Part shown: positions 50,365 through 58,180 of the stretch, piece by piece
Layout of the letters: each line of letters begins with the position of its first letter
Position numbering within the stretch: position 1 is the stretch's first letter
DNA from: Methanothrix harundinacea
Lineage (GTDB): Archaea > Halobacteriota > Methanosarcinia > Methanotrichales > Methanotrichaceae
Direction of reading: 5' to 3'
DNA: 64,000 bases
NCBI GenBank assembly: GCA_001509375.1
Contig: LGFT01000007.1
Span: 5,122-69,121, forward strand
Translations under genes and position numbers: made by a program
Notes under the pieces: model-generated
Databases searched by the model: none
Seen by the model: the letters and a program-made list of their open reading frames with translations, nothing else
What the model was told of the DNA's origin: nothing

Positions 50365-51282
50365 TCAGACTGAGCTTTTGAACTTTTCGCCGGTGATCAT
50401 CTCGAAGAGCTTGATGTAGATCTCGCTCGTCTGAGCTATTACGTCCTGGGGGAGGGCCGGTATATCGGGCTCTGCCTCCCGTCTCTCCCTCGCGCCATAG
50501 AGCCGGTCCTTGTACCCCGCCTTTCGGTAGTGTTGGCGGACGTATTCCTTGGAGAGGTCGACGAACTCCCCCTCCTCGTACTTCGCCCTATCCCAGAACC
50601 TGTCCTCGTCGGCGGTCCCGAATACATCGACGACCATCAAGTTCCTCTCATCGTCGAAGGCGAACTCCTTCTTCCCGTCTACATGGACCAGTCCCCTCGG
50701 TTCCACTTCTCTTCTGATCTCCTCGTCGATTTTGAGGACCGTCTCGCAGATCTGATCGTACTCCTCAGGAGAGAGCCGCGAGATTTTCAAAGCCTCGGCC
50801 CGATCGAGGAGCCGGTCGACCCTCTCGAGTTTCGTTGAGACCTCGATGTAGGGTTCTGGGAAGGGCTCTCCGTACTCGATCTTATGCCCCTTGGGATATC
50901 CGAGGTCTTCAGGCTTGACCTTTCCGGCTTTGAACCTATCGAAGATTGATCCCGCCGCATACCATCTGCATATCACCTCCAGAGGTATCAGGTAGTTTCC
51001 CGACCCAGGCTTGATATCCTCGGGCTGAATCACGTCCACCTTCTTGACCAGCATCCCATTAGGGGGGAGGAACTTCTCGAAGTGAGTTTTTATCCCCATA
51101 TTCTTTGCCCGCAAAAACCAGTGGACCCCTTCCCTGCAGAGCGTCTCCCCCTTGTGGGGAATGAGGCTGGGGATCACTTTGTCGAAGACGGATATCCTAT
51201 CCGTGAACCTGAACTCCAGCTCCCGGCCGAGGTCGTAGACCTCCTTGACCGAGCCCATCCTCAAAGGCTTCCGTTCCATCAC
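50365..51282 (-). CDS. purC: Phosphoribosylaminoimidazole-succinocarboxamide (SAICAR) synthase
   Basis: A 305-aa ORF. It has GSVKEVY..., FTDRISVFD, and LIPLEVICR... Confidence 0.85.
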   Translation of the reverse strand: MMERKPLRMGSVKEVYDLGRELEFRFTDRISVFDKVIPSLIPHKGETLCREGVHWFLRAKNMGIKTHFEKFLPPNGMLVKKVDVIQPEDIKPGSGNYLIPLEVICRWYAAGSIFDRFKAGKVKPEDLGYPKGHKIEYGEPFPEPYIEVSTKLERVDRLLDRAEALKISRLSPEEYDQICETVLKIDEEIRREVEPRGLVHVDGKKEFAFDDERNLMVVDVFGTADEDRFWDRAKYEEGEFVDLSKEYVRQHYRKAGYKDRLYGARERREAEPDIPALPQDVIAQTSEIYIKLFEMITGEKFKSSV

Positions 51283-51422
51283 ATCTCCATCTCTCAGCTG
51301 GTGGATAACTATTTTGCCGTTGATGTTTGGAACTGGTTTAAAGGGGACTGGAGCCGCGGAGGGAAAAAAAGCGGAATTTTATAAGGAGGAGGTGTAATTT
51401 CCTGAGTTTGAGCGAGTATGCG

Positions 51423-52019
51423 TCAGTCGAAAAATGTGCTGTCTGCCGTCCCCGATAGGCTCTGGCCGTCAGAGCCGATGGCCAGGTAGCTTCCCCGGAT
51501 CGATCCCCCTTCGATCTCCAGGTCCAGAACGTAGAGGCGGGATCCGTCCAATGGCACCAGTTTGAGAAACAGCGCGTCGCCAGCAACCGACCCGCTGGCA
51601 CCAACCGCGCTCTTGCCGCCCCTCGCGGTCAGGCTTCCCGCCCCGAAGACGACATCTCCGGATCGGAAAAGGTTGAGGTCGACGTTCCCGGTGACGTCGC
51701 CGAAGAGGGTCAGGTCCACCTGGTCCAGCGCGCCCAATTTGGCCGTCTCCTCTTCCGCGACGCTGGGATCGCCTACGCCGTCTTCACCGGCCTCGTTCAG
51801 CGAATCATCGATCGGAAAATCGTCATCTTCGGCCTCCGCCGTATTCAGGCCCGTCGCACCGTCGTTCGACTTCGGCACGTCGAGATTAAAACCGAGGTCG
51901 CCGGCGCCGAGCCACTCGACGTTATCGACGTAACTTAGCCGAGGGCAAAGCCCATCAGCCGCCCCCAAGATGATAGAGGCCGTCACTACAGAAAGCAACA
52001 ACATACTCAGGTATCTCAT
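51423..52019 (-). CDS. Secreted protein, paralog 1 of an unrecognised 4-member family
   Basis: This is ORF 51423..52232 trimmed to the ATG at 52019, which gives a signal peptide (MRYLSMLLLSVVTASIILGAADG). The shared core is VDLTLF...VVFGAG...YVLDLEI...GSYLAIGSDG. Confidence 0.6.
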   Translation of the reverse strand: MRYLSMLLLSVVTASIILGAADGLCPRLSYVDNVEWLGAGDLGFNLDVPKSNDGATGLNTAEAEDDDFPIDDSLNEAGEDGVGDPSVAEEETAKLGALDQVDLTLFGDVTGNVDLNLFRSGDVVFGAGSLTARGGKSAVGASGSVAGDALFLKLVPLDGSRLYVLDLEIEGGSIRGSYLAIGSDGQSLSGTADSTFFD

Positions 52020-52113
52020 ATATCTCGAAACTCCTCTTGTTCGGGAAATCCAACATTTATAAGAACGTTTTATTCTCACGACTTCAACAAATATTTTTTG
52101 GGTTGTCCTGAGT

Positions 52114-52728
52114 TTAGACAGCTCCAAGCCCCGAACCAAAACCGCTTGCGATGTCCGGAGGGAGCGCCTCCTGGGTCTGAACAGGACCGAGGAACTCCCC
52201 CGAGGAAGCGGTTTTGTATCCGGTGGCGGCACCGGATCCTGTGAGGCCTGACGCCGAATAGGCTGCGTAGCTTCCCTGGATTGGGCTCGTCAAAAGGCTG
52301 AGCCTCAGCCTGATGAGGGCCGGAACGCCGAAGGTGACAACCCGCAAGTCCAACATGTTTGAGGTCGCATACCCCGCCGCTGTGACGGAGTTGCTCCCCC
52401 TCGCCGAATTGATTCTCCCCTCCCCGAAGACCTCGCCTTCGACCTGATAAAGGGCCAGGTCCATCCTTCTCGTCTCGTCGCCTGCCAAGGTGATGGACCA
52501 GATACCGGCGACATCAGCTGAAATTTGGCCGGAAAGGTCGGGCTCGATCCATCCGGTTCCATTCTCCGATAGGTTCATCATGCCGGCGATGTAGCCCTCA
52601 GTATGATGGACGTCGACGATCCGAAGACCTCCGATTCCGAGCCACTCATCTTCAGTCGATCCGTCCGCCTGCGCCGGATACGATGTCGCCAGAAGGAGCG
52701 CAGCGATCAAAACCAGAACGATTTTCAT
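52114..52728 (-). CDS. Secreted protein, paralog 2
   Basis: A 204-aa ORF with a signal peptide (MKIVLVLIAALLLATSYPAQA). The core is GIWSITL...MDLALYQVEGEVFGEG...IRLRLSL...GSYAAYSASG. Confidence 0.65.
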   Translation of the reverse strand: MKIVLVLIAALLLATSYPAQADGSTEDEWLGIGGLRIVDVHHTEGYIAGMMNLSENGTGWIEPDLSGQISADVAGIWSITLAGDETRRMDLALYQVEGEVFGEGRINSARGSNSVTAAGYATSNMLDLRVVTFGVPALIRLRLSLLTSPIQGSYAAYSASGLTGSGAATGYKTASSGEFLGPVQTQEALPPDIASGFGSGLGAV

Positions 52729-52754
52729 CCGATAGACCCCCGATACGATAAGAT

Positions 52755-52785
52755 TTAAAAAAAGGTTGAAGGGATGTATCCCTTC
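52755..52785 (-). terminator. Hairpin plus T7 terminator after paralog 3
   Basis: The minus strand reads GAAGGGATACATCCCTTC (7-bp stem, 52768-52785) followed by AACC and TTTTTTT. It lies immediately after the stop at 52787-52789. Confidence 0.5.
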
Positions 52786-52786
52786 A

Positions 52787-53416
52787 TCAGCTCATGGCGT
52801 TTCCGCCAGATACCCCCATCCCGACACTTACAGTACTCGTAGGCACCGCTGATGCGCTCTGGGTGGTGGCATAGAAGCGGTTTCCATTGCAGTTTCCAGC
52901 CCAGGAGATCCCATCAGAGGAGTAGGCGCTGTAGGTGCCGAAGATGCTGTTTCCGCTGACAGAGGCCTTGAGCCTGTACATGCTGTTTCCGCCGACGGTG
53001 ACCAGACGAAGGGACAGGGCGGATCCTTCAATGAACCCCGCGGCAGTTACCTCCTGGGAGTTGACCCCAGTGGCCATGACTCCCCTTCCGAAGACCTCGT
53101 TTCCGTACTGGTAGAGGGTGAGGTCAACGGTCCTGGAGGCGGAGTCGATGAGACTCAGAGTCCATCTTCCTTCGACGTTCGACCACGGTGTCACCGTCCC
53201 GGAAGCTGGCGTCGAAACGCGGCTTCCGTTATCGGCGCCGGGGCTCATTCCATGGGTCGGGTCGATGTAGAAGAGGGATTCCCCCTTGAAGGCCTCTCCC
53301 ACATCCTCTTTGATACCGCTTCCGGAGAGATCGCTGAGGTAATCTTGAGATGCTGCGGGGAAGGCAAAAGCTGCCAATAAGACCAGCGGCAAAGTCAAAG
53401 CCTTTTGAAATTTCAT
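52787..53416 (-). CDS. Secreted protein, paralog 3
   Basis: A 209-aa ORF with a signal peptide. The core is GRWTLSL...VDLTLYQYGNEVFGRG...YRLKASV...GTYSAYSSDG. Confidence 0.65.
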   Translation of the reverse strand: MKFQKALTLPLVLLAAFAFPAASQDYLSDLSGSGIKEDVGEAFKGESLFYIDPTHGMSPGADNGSRVSTPASGTVTPWSNVEGRWTLSLIDSASRTVDLTLYQYGNEVFGRGVMATGVNSQEVTAAGFIEGSALSLRLVTVGGNSMYRLKASVSGNSIFGTYSAYSSDGISWAGNCNGNRFYATTQSASAVPTSTVSVGMGVSGGNAMS

Positions 53417-53507
53417 TTTATCGCAAACCTCCTTAATCTTCCAAATGAGGATAAATCTGCCGGACCCTTCCGCCCGGCTTTACGATGCTCTTGTACCCCA
53501 CCATCCT

Positions 53508-54200
53508 TCAGCTCTTGCGGGACCCAGTGACGGTTCCATTCCAGGTCGATCCGTCGCTCCCGTAAGCCGAATAGCTCCCTTGGGCGAGATCTCCCGTCAG
53601 GGAGAGATCGAGCCTGTAAAGTGTGATGGTGTCCATGGATACGAGGTCGAGCTTCATCTCATCGCCTGTGACGGTGCCGCTGGCGGCTGCCTGGCTGGCG
53701 GAGCCGAGGGCCGAAGCCGGCTGGTTCAACCAGTCGATCATCGACTCGATTCCTCGATCCTCCGAGGATGCTGAAGCCGTTCCGGTGCCGTCAGACGGGC
53801 CTATAACTCCCTTGCCGAAGATCAGGTCACCCTTCTGGTAGAGGGCCAGGTCCAGGGATCTCATGGTGCTCTCAGCCATCGCAAAGGACCATCTTCCCGA
53901 GAAGTCCGACGGCTCTGTCGTCTCCATATCGGGAGGCTCCGCGGCCGCGCCCGTTCCGCCTATGCTGTAGACCTCCCGGTTGTCGGTCTCATTTGGGATG
54001 GTGGCGATGCCGCCTTCGGTCTTTTCGACGGTCGCATCGTTTTCGCTGGCGCTTCCGACTTTTGAAATATACTCGGAGGTATGGTGCACGTCCGCTATGG
54101 CCATGCTGCCACCGAGCCAGTCGCCATCAGCGGCCTGGGCTACGAAGACAAAAGATGTGAGGACCGCTAGACATAATAGAGCTGACTTAAAGTTGGTCAT
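53508..54200 (-). CDS. Secreted protein, paralog 4
   Basis: A 230-aa ORF with a signal peptide. The core is GRWSFAM...LDLALYQKGDLIFGKG...YRLDLSL...GSYSAYGSDG. Confidence 0.65.
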   Translation of the reverse strand: MTNFKSALLCLAVLTSFVFVAQAADGDWLGGSMAIADVHHTSEYISKVGSASENDATVEKTEGGIATIPNETDNREVYSIGGTGAAAEPPDMETTEPSDFSGRWSFAMAESTMRSLDLALYQKGDLIFGKGVIGPSDGTGTASASSEDRGIESMIDWLNQPASALGSASQAAASGTVTGDEMKLDLVSMDTITLYRLDLSLTGDLAQGSYSAYGSDGSTWNGTVTGSRKS

Positions 54201-54280
54201 TGGATTTTAACCCCCGTTTTGGAAGATGGAGTTTTGGGTATAAAATCGTTTTGTTCTTTTGAAGTAGGGAACCATTTATG

Positions 54281-55444
54281 CTATTCTTCCATCTCGAATA
54301 TGGATGAGTGAGCCTGCCTGAACTTTTCGTCCTTCATCATGCACCCGGCTGGCTTCCCCTTCATCCACCGGTCTCGCCCCATATCTCTCCAGATTTCCTT
54401 GAGGCTTTTCTCCCGGACGTTCCCAAAGGATATCGGCATGTAGGCGCAGGGGAGAACATCGCCCGAGGCTTCGATGTGGAGCCACCTTCTCCCAGCAAAG
54501 CATCCGAACATCTCGGGGCCCAGGAGACGGGGAAAGGCACTTACCCGAGGCCCCTCAGGCAAGCGATTCTTCTCTTCGTGGAATCGACTCAGCCGATCTA
54601 TGTCGCCTTTGCTCAAGACCTCGTCTAGGTGGGTGGACCACCTCCCCACGGCCACGATCTCGTAGAGGGAGAGCTCGTGGACCGAGAGCTCTGCCGCCAA
54701 GTTGTAAGCGTCCTCCAGGTCGTCTATGTTCATGGGGGACGCTACCATGAAGAGGTCTGTCATCAGCCCCCCCGCCAGGGCGTTTTTTATCCCCGAGAGG
54801 GCATCGCTGAAGGCCCCCTCTCTTCCTCGGAAGCGATCGTGCTCTTTTGGGTGAGGGCTGTCGATGCTCACCCTCACAGCATAGAGACCGGCCCGCTTCA
54901 AGGACTGGACCAGCTCCTCGGTAAGGCCGTAGCCGCTGGTGAAGGAGGTGGAGACGGCCCTACCGTCGACTTGAGCCACGAGGTCGGGAAGGTCGCGCCT
55001 GGTCATCGGCTCCCCGCCGTCGAAGGATATGAGGTAAGATCCGAGGTCGAGGCCCTCATCGATCACCCTTTTGATGTCCTCGGAGCTGAGGATCTCCCCC
55101 TTTCGCGACGGTGCGCTGCAGTGGAGGCAGTTGTTGGGACAGGCGCGGATTATGGCGATGGATACCTGGTCAGGGATCCTTCTCCTAGTCAGGGCGGCCA
55201 CCTGAGCTGAGATCATCCGGTCGAAGGCGGGGCTCGGCGCGGGGGGGATCCAGGTGGAGAAGATTATCTGGTCTGGGCCCGACCGGATCGGTTTCTCGCT
55301 CGCAAAGATCTCATTGATCTTTCTTATGGCGGGACCTGCGACCCTAGAGAGGGGGCCGGTCGCCCGGAAGTAAATCTTGCCTCCTTCTGTCTCGGCCTCT
55401 ATCTTCAGCAGCGGTTTTTCAGCGACTTGCATTCTTCTCCCCAC
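54281..55444 (-). CDS. Radical SAM enzyme with SPASM/twitch-type C-terminal domain and ~100-aa N-terminal extension
   Basis: A 387-aa ORF. The CxxxCxxC motif is CPNNCLHC. The auxiliary-cluster signature is CFAGRRWLHIEASGDVLPC (C-x12-G-x4-C), followed by only one more Cys. Confidence 0.8.
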   Translation of the reverse strand: MGRRMQVAEKPLLKIEAETEGGKIYFRATGPLSRVAGPAIRKINEIFASEKPIRSGPDQIIFSTWIPPAPSPAFDRMISAQVAALTRRRIPDQVSIAIIRACPNNCLHCSAPSRKGEILSSEDIKRVIDEGLDLGSYLISFDGGEPMTRRDLPDLVAQVDGRAVSTSFTSGYGLTEELVQSLKRAGLYAVRVSIDSPHPKEHDRFRGREGAFSDALSGIKNALAGGLMTDLFMVASPMNIDDLEDAYNLAAELSVHELSLYEIVAVGRWSTHLDEVLSKGDIDRLSRFHEEKNRLPEGPRVSAFPRLLGPEMFGCFAGRRWLHIEASGDVLPCAYMPISFGNVREKSLKEIWRDMGRDRWMKGKPAGCMMKDEKFRQAHSSIFEMEE

Positions 55445-56262
55445 TTGTCTACGATGCTTCCAAGCCTAGCCTTGATATCTTCATCGCCGCCAGCCTCGGC
55501 GAGAGCCCTCTTTGCGGCACGGCAGTGGTCTCGGATCACCTCGGCACAGAGGCCCAGAGTCGCCTCCATCGAGTGGTCCCGGCTGTAAATGACGGGAAGG
55601 GTCGCGGAAGTCTTCTCCGATGATTTTCCCTTCTCCACCCCCAAAAATTCGTTCAGGTCGTCGGCGACCTGATATGCGAGGCCCAGGTGCATCCCATACC
55701 TCTCGAAGAGGGCGACGTCCTCGTCATCGGCCCCGGCTATCAGGCACCCGATCTTGGAGGAAGCGGATATGAGGGAAGCCGTCTTCTTGCAGATGCAGAG
55801 GTAGTAGTCCTCAGGCCCCTTCCCATTGGCAAGGTCCAGCATCTCCCCTTCGGACATCTCCATGCAGGCCTGGGAAAAGGCCTCGACCACCTTCTGGCTG
55901 TAGCCTGACATGAGGCCGATGGACCTGGATATCAGGTAGTCTCCACAGAGGAGGGCCGCCTCCAGCCCGTATCTGTTAAAAGCGCTGGCTGCGCCCCGCC
56001 GCTCCGTTCCGCAGTCGAGGATGTCGTCGTGGACGAGGGAAGCAGCGTGGACCAGCTCCAAGGCCAGAGCCGCGTCCATCGATTTGGCCGGATCGCAGCC
56101 GAAGGCCTCCGACGAGAGGATGAGGATGAGGGGTCGGACCCTCTTTCCCGGAGAGGCGAGGACGTACTTTATCACCTCCCCCAGGCCCGGGGCCGGCAGC
56201 CTCTCCGTCAGCCTAATAAGCTCCCCGTTGATCAGATGATACTCATCCCAGGCCTCGAACAT
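55405..56262 (-). CDS. Short polyprenyl (trans-isoprenyl) diphosphate synthase-family protein with variant second Asp-rich motif
   Basis: A 285-aa ORF. The first Asp-rich motif is LVHDDILDCGTERRG (DDxxD-x4-RRG). The second reads YQVADDLNE (DDxxE). The 3' end overlaps the radical SAM gene by 40 nt. Confidence 0.75.
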   Translation of the reverse strand: MFEAWDEYHLINGELIRLTERLPAPGLGEVIKYVLASPGKRVRPLILILSSEAFGCDPAKSMDAALALELVHAASLVHDDILDCGTERRGAASAFNRYGLEAALLCGDYLISRSIGLMSGYSQKVVEAFSQACMEMSEGEMLDLANGKGPEDYYLCICKKTASLISASSKIGCLIAGADDEDVALFERYGMHLGLAYQVADDLNEFLGVEKGKSSEKTSATLPVIYSRDHSMEATLGLCAEVIRDHCRAAKRALAEAGGDEDIKARLGSIVDKWGEECKSLKNRC

Positions 56263-56530
56263 CTCGGTGTTGGTTGGCCGGATCTATATTTAGTTGTTGC
56301 GAAACGGAACCGGTGGGTGCGTCTTTTCGAAAAGAGAGTCCTCGAAAGGGTTCGATGGATCTATCCGGATTTACCGTAACATTTAGGATCACATCTCACC
56401 AAACTCCAAAGAAGGTAACGGGTCCAAGGCAGACAATTCTTATCGGCAATAAATTTGAAGTGCCAGCATTTTCGAATACACAAAAGATATTATACTTTAT
56501 CTGTTTAAGTTATACCGAGGAGAAAGGGAG

Positions 56531-58063
56531 ATGAAGGCGATTTATGTTCTATCCTCGGCTCTGCTCCTCGTCTTTGGACTGCTGGGGTCGGCCTCCTCGG
56601 CCCGGACCCTGGCCAGCACCTTCGACGAGGGCAACGAGGGATGGGGTTTGGTGGGGGAAGCTGCCCCATCCTGGCAGCGGTTTGGAGGAGATCAGGGGGG
56701 ATTTTTCCAGGTGGAGGGCACCGGTGCCGAAGCTTGGAGCTTTGAATCGCCAAAGTCTTGGTCGGGAGACTGGAGCCGGTACGTCGGAGGGATATTGAGT
56801 TTCGACGAGAGGCTGATGGCGGCTGACGGGCTGAATCCCGGCGAGGAGACCGTGAAGATTGTGACCTCTGACGGCGCAGTTCTCTCCTGGCGGAGCCCAG
56901 AACCGGAAAGGTTTTGGACCCATCGCGAGGTCGTCCTCAACCCCTCCAACTTCGGAACTTTGGAGGCTGAATTTCGTCGGGCCATGAGATCGGTGGCGAA
57001 GATCTCCATCGAGGGGAATGGGTCGGGGAGAAGGTACCTCATCGGCCTAGACAACATCGTCGTCGCGCCCCCCTCGGGCCTTGACCTCACCGCCGATTTC
57101 GACGATGGGGACGGTGGATGGAGGCCCGATGGCGACGTCTCATTTGAATGGAGAAAGACCGGCGGAAACGGCGGCGGGTTTCTTTTGGGCAGAGATCTCG
57201 GCGACGGAAGCACCTGGTACTTCGCCTCGCCGCGGTCCTGGTCGGGGGACTGGACCCCTTACATCGGAGGGGTTTTGAGCTTCGACCTGAAGATGATAGA
57301 TTCCGGGATGGGCAAGCCTTACGAGGCGGAGAAGGTTAAGATCGTCGGGTCGGATGGATCGGTCGTCTCCATCTACCCTTCATCCTCGTCGTATTCGCCG
57401 GCGGGCTCATGGACCAGATGCCAGGTGGCCCTCACCCCCGCCGTCTTCGGCGCGAGAGAGGAGACGTTTTTGAGGGTCATGAGGTCTGTGGACCGGGTCA
57501 TGATCAGGGGAGAGTACTCGGACCGGAGCGACGTCGAGGGGATCGACAACGTGATGGTCATCCTCCCCATCGTTACTGAACTGATCAGCTGTTTCGATCA
57601 CGGAGACGAGGACTGGAGGGGGGGTCGGGACGTCAATCTCTCCTGGAGAGAGGTGGGAGGAGATCCTGGCGGCTTCCTTCTGGGCGAGGATCGGGGGTCT
57701 GGACAGACCTGGTACTACGTCTCGCCTCTCTCTTGGGCCGGGAACTGGACCCCCTACATCGGCGGGACGCTGAGCTTCGAGCTGAAGGTTGTGGATTCGG
57801 GGAACGGCAGCTCCATATTCGGGGACGTGGTCCGGATATGCGGCCGGGACGGCTCTTACCTATCTTGGTCTTGCGACCCGCCCGGAGCGGCGTGGACCCG
57901 CCGTCAGGTCACCCTCGCCCCATCTTCCTTCAAGGAGGTGGGCGGGAGCTTCGATTCCATAATGAAAGACGTCTCAGAGGTCTGGATCCGGGGGGAGTAC
58001 AGCAACATGAGGGACGTGGGGGGCATCGACAACGTGATGGTCACCCTGGGACCCGGGGGGTAG
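56531..58063 (+). CDS. Secreted protein with three laminin-B (laminin domain IV)-like repeats
   Basis: A 510-aa ORF with a signal peptide and three ~160-aa repeats. Each repeat carries FD.G.EGW..., W[YS][FY].SP.SW.G[DN]W..Y[IV]GG.LSF[DE]..., and ...V..[VI].IRGEYS...D..GIDNV.V. Confidence 0.6.
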   Translation: MKAIYVLSSALLLVFGLLGSASSARTLASTFDEGNEGWGLVGEAAPSWQRFGGDQGGFFQVEGTGAEAWSFESPKSWSGDWSRYVGGILSFDERLMAADGLNPGEETVKIVTSDGAVLSWRSPEPERFWTHREVVLNPSNFGTLEAEFRRAMRSVAKISIEGNGSGRRYLIGLDNIVVAPPSGLDLTADFDDGDGGWRPDGDVSFEWRKTGGNGGGFLLGRDLGDGSTWYFASPRSWSGDWTPYIGGVLSFDLKMIDSGMGKPYEAEKVKIVGSDGSVVSIYPSSSSYSPAGSWTRCQVALTPAVFGAREETFLRVMRSVDRVMIRGEYSDRSDVEGIDNVMVILPIVTELISCFDHGDEDWRGGRDVNLSWREVGGDPGGFLLGEDRGSGQTWYYVSPLSWAGNWTPYIGGTLSFELKVVDSGNGSSIFGDVVRICGRDGSYLSWSCDPPGAAWTRRQVTLAPSSFKEVGGSFDSIMKDVSEVWIRGEYSNMRDVGGIDNVMVTLGPGG

Positions 58064-58180
58064 GCTCCAGGGGGGGAACCTCACCCCCTTCGATCTTCCG
58101 GGATTTTCTCTTCAGGCCGCCACCCCGCCCTCGGCCCTGCTCCGCAAAGTTTTTGGCAGATCCCAGAGAAACATATCAAT

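Noticed and set aside
51423-55444. Radical SAM/SPASM enzyme as a RiPP-type maturase acting on the four adjacent secreted paralogs
   Set aside because: The paralogs are ~200 aa, Sec-exported and almost Cys-free in their mature parts, unlike known SPASM peptide substrates. The radical SAM gene is physically coupled to the prenyl synthase instead. I keep this only as a remote possibility.
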